The notes below the pieces were generated by a model. The model had not been told where the DNA came from. It saw nothing but the letters and a program-made list of their open reading frames with translations, and searched no databases. From Candidatus Aceula lacicola (GTDB taxonomy: Bacteria > Omnitrophota > Gorgyraeia > Zapsychrales > Aceulaceae): a stretch of DNA of 64,000 bases. The stretch lies in the NCBI GenBank assembly GCA_030765785.1, contig JAVCCC010000018.1:761-64760 (forward strand), given 5' to 3'. Positions 1 to 9,209 of the stretch are shown here, piece after piece. The position numbers and the translations under genes were made by a program. Numbering within the stretch: position 1 is the first letter of the stretch; every line of letters begins with the position of its first letter.

Positions 1-1478
1 CGTTTGAATTTTGTTTCCGAATGAACAGGTTTTGCCGATAGACGGTTTTGATCGGTCATGATACGTGGTGTTATAAAAATAATAAGCTCCCTTTCTATCT
101 CGGAGCTATCTTTATGGCGAAAGGCACGCCCGATGAATGGCAAATCTCCGAGTAAAGGAACCTTGGTGATCGTTTCAGTGTGATTAGTTTTTTTAAGTCC
201 GCCTAAATAAACTGTTTCTCCGTCTTTGACGCGCATAACGGATTTAGTTCCTCGTTCTTCAGGGTCTTTGAAAGTTTTTCCGTTAAAAGTGGCTCCAGCG
301 CGCGCCTCAATGACGCGAGGAAAAATGGCCATAGTAATTTCGCCTGTTTCTAAGTTTGCTTGAGGCGTGACAGATAGAAAAATTCCAGTTTGAACACGCT
401 CAGCTTCTATATTTTGCGTTACGACTCCCTCCGAGCCTCCTGTGGAGGTTATGATACCGATAGCTTCGTTCGTCGAAATTTGAATTTCAGCTGTTTGGTT
501 GTTAAGTGTAAGTATTTTTGGATTTGCTAAGTTTTTGGTATCTGTAATTGTTTTTAAGAATTGCAATGCAGCTGTTAAGCCTGTGGCATCAATGGTTCCC
601 ATAGTGTATTGTGGTGAGTCCTCTGAGAATTCAAAATAACCTTTTTGAAGAACTTTATTTTGATCCCAAGGATAAAGAACCCCTCTCGATCCTCCTGTAA
701 ATTGAAGAGGAGTATTTCCAATCTTGACACCAAGAAGTTCGCCTGTGCTTTTGGAGACGTCTAGCATCTCAACTTCGATGAGGACTTGAGGAACAGAAAT
801 GTCAAGTCGAGCGATTGTCTTTTCAATCGTTGGAAATTGACTCGGAATATCAGTAACGATAAGGCTGTTTGTTCGAGCATCCTGTATGACGATTCCGGAT
901 TCTGTTAGAACGCTTTTAACAGCCAGAAGTATTCCTTTGATTCCTTCTTCGTCTTCATCTTCGTCGTCTCCACTCGTAGAGCTAGTGCTTGAGGAGCTTT
1001 CGCTGCTACTGCCTTCATCAGAATCTTCTTGGTCTTTAAGATTTTTAATCAGTTTCGAATTAGAAACGGTTGCATGTTTAAGAGGAAAAACGCGCGTTAT
1101 AAGCTCTTTTAGAGGCTTGTCCATTTTTTTGACAACGAAGATGTTGCTCCCAGGCTGAAGTTCGTACATGAGATTGTTGGCATACAAGATTTGATCTAAC
1201 GCTTCTTCGACTGGAACATTATCAAAATAAAGAGTAATTTCCATATCGGCTATAGCAGAGTCTGCAATAAAATTTAGATCAGCTTGTTGAGAGAAAATTT
1301 TTAATACACTCCTTAAATCTGCATCTTTAAAATCCATAGAGATTTTTTTGGAATATTCTGAATACAGAAAATGATCGAGTCGAGAGATTTCGCTATACGC
1401 TGCTTTTGTGCTAATCGACAGGAACAAGCATGCAGTAAGAATAAAAAGACATGTGGTTTTGAGTATTTTAGTTGTCAT
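1..1478 (-). CDS. pilQ: Secretin, PilQ/GspD family (3' end runs off the window)
   Basis: Absent from the ORF track and translated by hand from ATG 1478. It has a signal peptide, KISMDFKDADLRSVLKIFS (N-domain), DARTNSLIVTD (N3), PQVLIEVEMLDV, ANPKILTLNNQTAEI and KVPLLGDLPFIGRAFR...RELIIFITPRI. There is a Ser/Asp/Glu-rich loop in N3. Confidence 0.92.
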   Translation of the reverse strand, partial: MTTKILKTTCLFILTACLFLSISTKAAYSEISRLDHFLYSEYSKKISMDFKDADLRSVLKIFSQQADLNFIADSAIADMEITLYFDNVPVEEALDQILYANNLMYELQPGSNIFVVKKMDKPLKELITRVFPLKHATVSNSKLIKNLKDQEDSDEGSSSESSSSTSSTSGDDEDEDEEGIKGILLAVKSVLTESGIVIQDARTNSLIVTDIPSQFPTIEKTIARLDISVPQVLIEVEMLDVSKSTGELLGVKIGNTPLQFTGGSRGVLYPWDQNKVLQKGYFEFSEDSPQYTMGTIDATGLTAALQFLKTITDTKNLANPKILTLNNQTAEIQISTNEAIGIITSTGGSEGVVTQNIEAERVQTGIFLSVTPQANLETGEITMAIFPRVIEARAGATFNGKTFKDPEERGTKSVMRVKDGETVYLGGLKKTNHTETITKVPLLGDLPFIGRAFRHKDSSEIERELIIFITPRIMTDQNRLSAKPVHSETKFK

Positions 1479-1503
1479 GGAAACAAAGTCCCCCGCTTTA
1501 AAT

Positions 1504-1962
1504 CTAAATGGATTGGGTTAGAGTTTGGTCAATTTTTATAGTAAAAGGTGCTCCAGAAAATAAAATATCGACCCCGCCTTTGTGAATGTTAACGATTTCA
1601 GACTTCTCGACAATATCACCAATGGTGACAATGTTCTGATTAATGATCGCTTGTGGCAACGCTGTATTCCAGATAAGACCAGAAATAACGAGCACAGGAG
1701 CCTTAACAATAGGCTTTGGTTTCTTCTCGACTTGTATAGGAGAAGTCCTTAGCTCGGGTCTTAGCTTCGATGCCCTACTACTTATATTAATAGGTTCTGG
1801 TATTTTTTCAACAATTTCTTTAATTTTTGGGAGTGAAGATTTAAAAGGATTTCTTGTTTGAGCGGCAGTGAGGTTAAAAGATTCGCTCGCCTCAAGGATG
1901 CCGTTTATTAAAAATAGTCCGATTAGGAAAATAAAAAGAAAAAGTACAATTTTTTGTCTCAT
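1504..1962 (-). CDS. PilP/GspC-like pilus assembly protein
   Basis: N-terminal hydrophobic segment, RNPF motif and C-terminal ISGLIW..P.AIIN..IV.IGD beta domain. It lies between pilO and the secretin. Confidence 0.65.
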   Translation of the reverse strand: MRQKIVLFLFIFLIGLFLINGILEASESFNLTAAQTRNPFKSSLPKIKEIVEKIPEPINISSRASKLRPELRTSPIQVEKKPKPIVKAPVLVISGLIWNTALPQAIINQNIVTIGDIVEKSEIVNIHKGGVDILFSGAPFTIKIDQTLTQSI

Positions 1963-1972
1963 GCTTGTTCCT

Positions 1973-2602
1973 TTATTGTTTTAGATCGATAGATGTTAGC
2001 ATCATTTTCCAAGAAATAATTTCGTCGTCTTGTTCGTCAGGGTTCAGCGTATTTGTAAAAGATTTTGTTTTGTTCCAGGAATCAATGCGAAAGCTTTTTT
2101 CATAATGTTCAATTTTGTAGACAAATCGCAACATATCCTCAAAAGATCCGGAAAAGGTAAATTTGATTGCTTGTTCTGTGTAGTCGCTAAAATTTTGCAG
2201 TTTACTTGGGACAAAAGAAATTATTTTAACATCGAAACTTTGGGCAATTTTCGATATGACGTTAATGATTGAGGTTGCGCTTGAGTAGCCTTTTTGAGAC
2301 GTTTCCATGATGTTTTTTAAGATTTTTTCTTGGTTTTCATAAGACTTAATTGCAAATGATTTTTCTTCCAGCTGTTTTATTTCTAAATCGATGTCTTGTG
2401 ATGCTTGTTGTCGATAAGAAAAAGTTCCTTGGACAATAAAGAGCGCAACCAAAATGATTGCAATATTGTATAAAATATCTTTGCGTTTGAGCAGATTTTT
2501 TTGGAGTAATTGTATGTTAATCTTTTTAAAATCAACGTTTAAATTCATATTCTTAAGATCGATGTTTTGAAGGTCTTGAATTATTTTTTTAAGATCTAAC
2601 AT
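1973..2602 (-). CDS. pilO: PilO-like pilus assembly protein
   Basis: Single TM, coiled coil and ferredoxin-like C-domain (FSGSFEDMLRFVYKIE). Operon position fits. Confidence 0.75.
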   Translation of the reverse strand: MLDLKKIIQDLQNIDLKNMNLNVDFKKINIQLLQKNLLKRKDILYNIAIILVALFIVQGTFSYRQQASQDIDLEIKQLEEKSFAIKSYENQEKILKNIMETSQKGYSSATSIINVISKIAQSFDVKIISFVPSKLQNFSDYTEQAIKFTFSGSFEDMLRFVYKIEHYEKSFRIDSWNKTKSFTNTLNPDEQDDEIISWKMMLTSIDLKQ

Positions 2603-4178
2603 TGTCTTGGCTTTCTAATTTAATTAAAATTTGAAAGTACGTTACAGGGAATCCATCCTTTTCCATTTTGCTAACCGTCTCAAGCTCGAGATGCTTTAGG
2701 CGTCCTTTTAGGTCTTTGCTTATCTTTAATTTTTCAATGAAAGCATCAATAAGGGTAATTTGATTATTGAGATTGTCTGCATAGCCGTAACCTTCGAGTG
2801 AAATTTCGATTTCTTTTTTTTCCTTATCTTTCGTTGCGCTATGATCAAGGTATTTAATGTTGAAATTCTTTAGCCAAATACCTGTCGGCGTTTGATCGGA
2901 TATGACTGAAAGAATTTCGGCAACATCGCTATGAAATCGGACACCCTTGTAGATGTTGACTCTTTTTGCGATTTCTTTTGATTTTGTTTTTAGCTCAGAG
3001 GTGCTTGTGTTTTCATATTTCTTGTTTGCGTCGACCAAAGTTTTAATTTTAGAACTTTGAGGAAGACCAAGCGCACTTGATCCGATAAATGCAATCGCAA
3101 TGATTAAGCCGCAAATACCCGCAATGTTTATCGTCCTCTTATAGTTGGGTGGTCGATTAACAAAGCTATCAAGGTCAGCTCCAGCGGAGTAGGCGTCAGG
3201 ATTTCGAGCCTTAGCAAGATCGAGGTTTAAATTTAGAGAAAGTTCTTCAGTAATGCTTGTTCCAGCGGCATTTAAGATGTTAAGGTTAAGTTTGTCATTT
3301 TTACCAAAGAGGTTACGAGTATCAAAGGCAATAGCTGAAACGCCAATGTCGCTTTTAAGCTGTTCTGCAATTTCCTGAGAATAGTGATCTGAGAAAATAA
3401 ATATTTTTTCAATGTTATGTTTGTTGCCTTTCTTTTTTGATTGACGGGCATAGAAATCTAGAGACACTTTAATTTCATCGAAGAGTTGTGCGAAAGTTTT
3501 CTGTGATTCCTCAGCCGTTCCCTCGTTTTCAGAATTCGTCAGTTTAAAGTCACGAATAAATTGAGGCACTTGCTGCTCCGTAATTGTAATAGCCCCATCA
3601 CCATTATTAACTTGAATAATTGCAATCTTTTGATTATTTTCAATTTGTTTTTGGAGCATTAAAATTCTTAAAAGGCTTATGGAAGATGGTTCAGCTGAAA
3701 TGATTTTGATTTGCCCTTTTTCAAAAATGCTGCAGTACTGATCGAGAATCACCTTTCTCATGGCAATAAAAAGGATTTGTGTTTTCTTGTTGCCGTTTTC
3801 TGTAATTGGAATATGGTGAAATCCATAAACAAGATCGCTCAATTTAAATGGAATGTATTTTCGAGCTTCAAATAAAACAGCGTTGCTTAGTTCTGATGCA
3901 CTCATAGAAGGAACAGTAAAAGCACGGAAGATAACATTTCGAATTGGAAGCGAAAGATTAATTTCTGGCTTTAAAATTCCTTGTTCGCGTATAATTTTTT
4001 GTATTGCTTCTGTTAATCGAATACTTTCAGGAGACTGTTGCTCGTCAGCTTGCTTTCGAAGAGGTGAAAATGTATGCGGAATAGACTCTGAGTAAGTGAG
4101 TTCATTATTTTCTGTTTGAACAAAAGAGAGAGAATCGACACCAAAGAATACGCCAATATGTTTTTTTTGTTTTGCCAT
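2589..4178 (-). CDS. pilM: Fused PilM (actin-like) - PilN protein
   Basis: PilM motifs (AVLFEARKYIPF, DEIKVSLDFY), then LNLDL + TM and a PilN-like C-domain (TPTGIWLKNF, ISLEGYG). Confidence 0.8.
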   Translation of the reverse strand: MAKQKKHIGVFFGVDSLSFVQTENNELTYSESIPHTFSPLRKQADEQQSPESIRLTEAIQKIIREQGILKPEINLSLPIRNVIFRAFTVPSMSASELSNAVLFEARKYIPFKLSDLVYGFHHIPITENGNKKTQILFIAMRKVILDQYCSIFEKGQIKIISAEPSSISLLRILMLQKQIENNQKIAIIQVNNGDGAITITEQQVPQFIRDFKLTNSENEGTAEESQKTFAQLFDEIKVSLDFYARQSKKKGNKHNIEKIFIFSDHYSQEIAEQLKSDIGVSAIAFDTRNLFGKNDKLNLNILNAAGTSITEELSLNLNLDLAKARNPDAYSAGADLDSFVNRPPNYKRTINIAGICGLIIAIAFIGSSALGLPQSSKIKTLVDANKKYENTSTSELKTKSKEIAKRVNIYKGVRFHSDVAEILSVISDQTPTGIWLKNFNIKYLDHSATKDKEKKEIEISLEGYGYADNLNNQITLIDAFIEKLKISKDLKGRLKHLELETVSKMEKDGFPVTYFQILIKLESQDNVRS

Positions 4179-4181
4179 AAG

Positions 4182-4358
4182 TTATTTTGCCTTACGAGAT
4201 TGAGATCTTAACCATTTATCAATTTCGCGTTTATCAAACCGCCAAACGCCTCCGATTTTAATGCCTGAGATTTTTCGTTGATTTAACCAGTTGTAGATTG
4301 TCTGTTTTTTAAGCTTTAGGTATTGCGCTAGCTCGTCGACATCAAGTAAATGGTTCAT
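4182..4358 (-). CDS. Small excisionase/MerR-like HTH protein (HTH_17, Xis/BldC-like), 58 aa
   Basis: Below the ORF-track cut-off. Hand translation is MNHLLDVDELAQYLKLKKQTIYNWLNQRKISGIKIGGVWRFDKREIDKWLRSQSRKAK. It ends 3 nt before the pilM start. Confidence 0.9.
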   Translation of the reverse strand: MNHLLDVDELAQYLKLKKQTIYNWLNQRKISGIKIGGVWRFDKREIDKWLRSQSRKAK

Positions 4359-4436
4359 TGTGGTTACCCTGTTAGCTCTATTCTTAATCCAAGTTAGGTT
4401 TCTTATAATCCTATTCTTTAGACTGCTATTATGTTC

Positions 4437-4465
4437 ATTAGACCATAGTAGAGTTACTTTGTCAA
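4437..4465 (-). promoter_or_regulatory. Putative sigma70 promoter of the HTH-pil operon
   Basis: TTGACA-17 nt-TCTAAT (imperfect -10). Confidence 0.45.
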
Positions 4466-4555
4466 TAGTTTTTTTAATTAGAACTTACTGAGACTTACCT
4501 GAGCTTAATCCTAGAGAGTTTTGCCTGAAGAATATTGGAGATGTTTTATTTAGAT

Positions 4556-4888
4556 TTACTGATAGGTGACGCTTACTTGTAAGGGATTTGTCCCAGACGG
4601 ACCAGTGCCTGGATTTGGAGCGCTTACGCCAATTGTAAAGATTTTTCCATTAATGGTTTCTGAGCTCATGCCTGTTCCTGCCGTGCCAGTTGCAGTTCCT
4701 TGCATATATGACTTCCAAAAGTATCCCTTGGCAAGCTGTTCTGCTTTAATGCGATCAACCTGATTTTGTCCGAGAAGCCCTTGACTTCCAATAGCGCCCA
4801 AAATGCCAACAGCAAGAGTTGTCATGGCCAAAACAAGCATAATAACAGTAAGAAGGATAATTCCTTTTTTATTATTCATTATTTTCAT
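4556..4888 (-). CDS. PilX/GspK-like minor pilin-type protein
   Basis: Class III-like signal NNKKG|IILLTVIMLVLAM.. and the PilX-like KAEQLAKG. Start moved to ATG 4888 (SD AAGAGGA). Confidence 0.65.
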   Translation of the reverse strand: MKIMNNKKGIILLTVIMLVLAMTTLAVGILGAIGSQGLLGQNQVDRIKAEQLAKGYFWKSYMQGTATGTAGTGMSSETINGKIFTIGVSAPNPGTGPSGTNPLQVSVTYQ

Positions 4889-5120
4889 TTTTTTCCTCTT
4901 TATTTTGCTCAATATAACTTTTGCATCTAGGGCAAGTCTTTAAAGTTTTATTTTCAAAATCATAAAAAAGATAATTGCAATAAGGACATTGAGCGAGATG
5001 CTTTGTTTTTTTTATGTCTTGCCCTTCCTTTTTATTATATACGATCCATTGGCCAATAACAAGGAGTAAACAAAATGTTAGAAAGATTGCAATAGAGATA
5101 GAGAAATCAATAGTGATCAT
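4872..5120 (-). CDS. Small membrane-anchored zinc-ribbon protein
   Basis: N-terminal TM followed by CPYC...CPRC. Confidence 0.75.
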   Translation of the reverse strand: MITIDFSISIAIFLTFCLLLVIGQWIVYNKKEGQDIKKTKHLAQCPYCNYLFYDFENKTLKTCPRCKSYIEQNKEEKNENNE

Positions 5121-5544
5121 CGTTTGGCAGCTTAAGGTGTATATGGCTTATTGAGCTTGAAGTTTCAGAGTTTTTTAATAATTCTGGTGATTTTTTTTGA
5201 GGAGTAGAAGCAAACGGCTCTGTTTTTAAGGTTTTTTTAAAGTTAGGCTGATTTGAGATCTTAAGTTCGGGTTTTTGATCATCATTAAAAATGCGGCTAC
5301 TCGGGTCACTAGAAGATGTTTTCGAATCGATATTTTCTGGGTAGTTCCTTTTTGTTTCAGAAAGTTGATGAAAGATTGGTGAGGATTCCGTATCGTGTTT
5401 CCTTAAAAAAGATCCGAGAAAGTTAAGAGAAGGTTTTACAGGTTCTTTTTTAGAATCAAAACGGAAATTAAAAAAGTTAAAAACAATTAAATGCAATAAA
5501 ATGGAAAGCAAAAAAGCGCGAATAATAATTCTTTTAATACTCAT
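5107..5544 (-). CDS. TonB/TolA-like membrane-anchored protein lacking a recognisable C-terminal domain
   Basis: TM with SxxxH (SILLH) followed by a Ser/Pro/Lys-rich linker. It directly follows exbD. Confidence 0.55.
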   Translation of the reverse strand: MSIKRIIIRAFLLSILLHLIVFNFFNFRFDSKKEPVKPSLNFLGSFLRKHDTESSPIFHQLSETKRNYPENIDSKTSSSDPSSRIFNDDQKPELKISNQPNFKKTLKTEPFASTPQKKSPELLKNSETSSSISHIHLKLPNDDHY

Positions 5545-5559
5545 GAGTCGCTTCTCTTT

Positions 5560-5964
5560 TTATTTTTCTTGATTTGTGGCGATATTGACACGCTCGATGC
5601 CGAGTTCACGACAAAGATCCCAAATATCAATAACTCTTCCTAGCGATGATCGGCGGTCAGCCTTAATTAAAATAAGTCGTTCTTTGTTTTCCTTTTTCCC
5701 CAGCTCTTTTTTTAGGTCTTTCATGGTGCCAACTTTGCTATTGATATATAAAACGTTTTCACTCGTCAAAGTTATAATGAGGTTCTCTTCCTTAATAACT
5801 TCGCTTGTGATCGCTTTAGGAAGCTTTACTTTGATGCCTGACTGAAAAACAAAAGAAGATGACAACATAAAGAATATTAGAAGTTGAAAAATAACATCCA
5901 CTAGAGGTGCGATATTGATTGGATCAAGCCCGGAGCTAGATTTTGTGTGTCGTCTAAATTGCAA
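5560..5964 (-). CDS. exbD: ExbD/TolR biopolymer transport protein
   Basis: INIAPLVDVIFQLLIFFML, LPKA, IKADR. Confidence 0.92.
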   Translation of the reverse strand: MQFRRHTKSSSGLDPINIAPLVDVIFQLLIFFMLSSSFVFQSGIKVKLPKAITSEVIKEENLIITLTSENVLYINSKVGTMKDLKKELGKKENKERLILIKADRRSSLGRVIDIWDLCRELGIERVNIATNQEK

Positions 5965-5983
5965 TTTAAGTCCGTCCTTTTAT

Positions 5984-6640
5984 TTATATTTGTGTTAAAT
6001 GATTAACAAGTTCAGTCGCACTTCTTTCCATCTCCAAAATAAATTTATTAATTCGACTCACAAGGTAGTTGTAGACGACGAATGTTGGAATCGCAACAAT
6101 AAGACCTGCTACGGTTGTTAAGAGAGCTTCCCAGATACCTCCTGCTAAGTCTCCCGGTGTGACAGGATTAAGAGATGTGGCACGCATCTGAATCGTGTGA
6201 AAATTAGCTGCCATGCCCGTAACGGTTCCTAAAAGGCCAAGTAGCGGGGTGATGTGTGCGATTGTTGCCAGAGCTGTTAGGCGACGTTCAAGTTTTGGAA
6301 TTTCAAAGAGGCTCGCATCGCTTAAGGCCTCCTTGATTTCTTCTTTTGGAGAACCAAATTTTAAGATACCAGCTTCTAAGACTTTTGCGATAGGTGATCG
6401 ACTTTCTTCGCAATAGGCAACGGCCTCTTTGATTTTATTACCTTTGATTAATGCAAAAATATTTTTTCGGAGTTTTTGAGGATCGGTTTTGATCATTGAA
6501 AAATAAATGAATTTCTCAATAACGATTGCAAAAGCAAAACATGAACATAAAACAATCGGGATCATGATAGGGCCACCAGCCACAATAAGTTCCCAAGCGT
6601 TAATTTTCCAAATTCCCATAGATATTTCCCCTTTCGTCAA
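5984..6640 (-). CDS. exbB: ExbB/TolQ/MotA proton channel protein
   Basis: PLLGLLGTVTGM, GGIWEALLTTVAGLIVAIP. Confidence 0.92.
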   Translation of the reverse strand: MTKGEISMGIWKINAWELIVAGGPIMIPIVLCSCFAFAIVIEKFIYFSMIKTDPQKLRKNIFALIKGNKIKEAVAYCEESRSPIAKVLEAGILKFGSPKEEIKEALSDASLFEIPKLERRLTALATIAHITPLLGLLGTVTGMAANFHTIQMRATSLNPVTPGDLAGGIWEALLTTVAGLIVAIPTFVVYNYLVSRINKFILEMERSATELVNHLTQI

Positions 6641-9129
6641 TAATTATTAAGTGAAATGTTTGAATGAATCCATTCAAGTCTCTCTTGCGCAAACGTACGT
6701 TCGTCGACTTCGTAGGCGATAACTTTTTGATAAATCGATATTGCGTTAGCCCAGTCCTCTTTGTCTTCAAAAAGTCGAGCAACACGAAGATAAGCCTTGA
6801 TGACCCATTTTGTTTCATTTGGGTAAAGATACGGTATTTTTAAATAAGCGTCAATCGCGTTGTCAACCTGATGAAGCGATTCACAAGCATCTCCTATGAG
6901 AAATTGGATTTCGCTTTTTTTCATTTTGTTTAATCCGTCAGGTGAATCAATGGCTTTTTGATAAAATTCTAGCGATTGATTGTAGCGTTTCTTTTGTTTA
7001 GAAATTGTAGCTATTTTGACATAGGCATCACGTGCAAACTCTGGAGAATTGTCGATAATGTTTTCATATGTTCGGATAGCTGTGCTTGTGTTGATTTGTT
7101 TAGCAAAGATCTCAGCGATCAAAAGACGAGCTTTTCCGTAGTTTTCGTCACCAAAAGAACTATCGATCAGCTTAAGCTGATTTAGGGCTTCGTCAAGCGC
7201 TCCTTTTTCGTAATAAGATTGACCTAGTCCTAGGATAGCGTCACCAATCTTTTCGTTACCAGGAAAGTTTTTAATAATGTCGTTGTAGTAAGAAATTGCA
7301 TTGTTATATTCTTCGGCTTGAAGATAATATTCAGCTAGCCACGATGTAGCTTGCAAGGCTGTTTTTGTATGTGGATATTTATAAATAATGATCTTAAAGT
7401 CTCTAAGCGCTTCTTTGATGATCCCCATTTCATAAAAACAGCGTGCGATGTTGATCTCAGAGTCTTGGACAAGAGCTTCGTTAAAGGAATAGTGTTTTTT
7501 TATTTTTTTAAAGATTCTAATCGCCTCAGCGTAATCTTTAAGGTTTAGAAATGCTAAGCCTAGAATATAATGAGCATCGGGTTGAAATTGATTATCAGCA
7601 GATAGCTCACTGATAAATTCTGTCATTTTTTCTTTGGCCGCAATCCAATCTCCTTTTTTAAAATATGCGACACCAAGATAATATTTTATATCTGTTAAAT
7701 ATTTGCTATCTGGAAAGTTTTCTTGAAGGCTTTGAAAGGAAAGCGTTGCACTGTCGATTTTGTCCATTTTAAGAAGAGCAATTCCTTGGCGGTATTGAGC
7801 ATAATCCGTGTAGAGTGTATCTGGAAAATTTCCTAAGATTTTATCATAAGCATTGATGGCTTGATCGTATTGGCCTATATCCTGAAAAGCATCGCCGATT
7901 TGGGTCAAAGCGCTTACTTTGATAATCTTGTTTTGCGTATGATTGATAACGTATTCGAAATTCTTAATTGCGTCAGACGGACTTCCTTTTCGAAGATAGG
8001 TCCACGCCAGGCCAAGGTAAGCTTTTTCGACGATTTGTGACAAATCGGGATCATCTCTAAAAAGTTCAATAACTTTTTGGTAAACATCGACGGCTTTATC
8101 GTAATCCTCGGTTTTATAAAGGGTATTTGCTATGCCAAGATAAGCGTCAGAAGATTTAACCCCGCTTGGATCAAAGCTGATAATTTTTTGATAATTTAAA
8201 AGAGCTTTCTCAAGATCTCCTTTTTCAGAAAAAAGATTAGCAAGCCCTAAGAATGGAATTTCACTCTGAATATTTTGTTGATCTGCAAACAAAGCTGCAT
8301 CATTAAATGATTGTTCAGCTTGGTCAAATTCTTTTAGCTTGAAATAGCTCCATCCAATCCCAACATCAGAAATTAGTTTTGTTTGATTTTTGTTGGTTTT
8401 TTCTTTGCATTTACCGTAATATTTAATAGCAACAAGATATTTTTTTAGATAATAGCTTGATTCCGCGATGTAAAATAACGCCTGGTCAACGCGGATTAAT
8501 TTTGGAAAACTCTTTATGTATTTCTCAAATGTTACAACGGCATCGTCATATTCTTCAAGATTAAAATCACACTCGCCAATTCGAAACAGCGAATCTTCAA
8601 AAAGCTGGTGTGTCGGAAAAGATTTAAGAAAGCTTAAGAATTTTTGTTTTGCTTGCGCATAATCATTTTGTTCAAATTCGATCCAGGCAAGAGCATACTG
8701 CGCTTGAGGAACATAGTTTGATGATGGATAAAGGCCTAAAAGTTGTTCGTGATTGTTTTTTGCCTCAGCATAATCTCTAACCTTTAAATAGGTCTCTCCT
8801 AGCCAAAAAAGAACAGCATCTTGGTATCCTGGGATATTGCGAAGTTCTTTAAATTCTTTAAATGCTTTTAAATATTGTCCTTTGAAGAAATAACATTGAC
8901 CACGCAGAAGGGTGATTTGTGGACGTTTTTCGGTTTGAGGGTATTGCTTAAGAAGTTGATTGATGTATCGAATGGCAACATCATAGAATCCGTCGTCAAA
9001 AGCTTTTTGGGTGATTAGAAAAAGCTCTGTTTCATTGTCTTGAGCCCAACAAACAGATTCTTGATTCTCAGTTAAAACGACAGTCGTCAATAAAATACAC
9101 ATAAGAATATAAATATTTTTTAAATACAT
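6637..9129 (-). CDS. Exported multi-TPR protein, 830 aa
   Basis: Signal peptide and many tandem TPRs (CpoB/BamD-like repeats). Confidence 0.9.
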   Translation of the reverse strand: MYLKNIYILMCILLTTVVLTENQESVCWAQDNETELFLITQKAFDDGFYDVAIRYINQLLKQYPQTEKRPQITLLRGQCYFFKGQYLKAFKEFKELRNIPGYQDAVLFWLGETYLKVRDYAEAKNNHEQLLGLYPSSNYVPQAQYALAWIEFEQNDYAQAKQKFLSFLKSFPTHQLFEDSLFRIGECDFNLEEYDDAVVTFEKYIKSFPKLIRVDQALFYIAESSYYLKKYLVAIKYYGKCKEKTNKNQTKLISDVGIGWSYFKLKEFDQAEQSFNDAALFADQQNIQSEIPFLGLANLFSEKGDLEKALLNYQKIISFDPSGVKSSDAYLGIANTLYKTEDYDKAVDVYQKVIELFRDDPDLSQIVEKAYLGLAWTYLRKGSPSDAIKNFEYVINHTQNKIIKVSALTQIGDAFQDIGQYDQAINAYDKILGNFPDTLYTDYAQYRQGIALLKMDKIDSATLSFQSLQENFPDSKYLTDIKYYLGVAYFKKGDWIAAKEKMTEFISELSADNQFQPDAHYILGLAFLNLKDYAEAIRIFKKIKKHYSFNEALVQDSEINIARCFYEMGIIKEALRDFKIIIYKYPHTKTALQATSWLAEYYLQAEEYNNAISYYNDIIKNFPGNEKIGDAILGLGQSYYEKGALDEALNQLKLIDSSFGDENYGKARLLIAEIFAKQINTSTAIRTYENIIDNSPEFARDAYVKIATISKQKKRYNQSLEFYQKAIDSPDGLNKMKKSEIQFLIGDACESLHQVDNAIDAYLKIPYLYPNETKWVIKAYLRVARLFEDKEDWANAISIYQKVIAYEVDERTFAQERLEWIHSNISLNNY

Positions 9130-9135
9130 GGGACT

Positions 9136-9163
9136 ATTATACCAACTTTTTTTTGGATTTCAA
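9136..9163 (-). promoter_or_regulatory. Sigma70 promoter, probably leaderless, for the TPR-exbBD operon
   Basis: TTGAAA-16-TATAAT with extended TG, 6 nt before the ATG, no SD. Confidence 0.65.
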
Positions 9164-9209
9164 TTTATAGTGTAAATATACACTGTTGGTTTCGGGGAAT
9201 GGCTAGCAT

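Noticed and set aside
886-1158. Ser-rich plus-strand ORF and the many other short antisense or alternate-frame ORFs in the track
   Set aside because: They are shadows of well-supported genes on the opposite strand or frame. This one mirrors the secretin's acidic loop.
4182-4358. Prophage or ICE signalled by the excisionase-like gene
   Set aside because: There is no integrase, att site or phage gene, and the gene is embedded in the pil operon.
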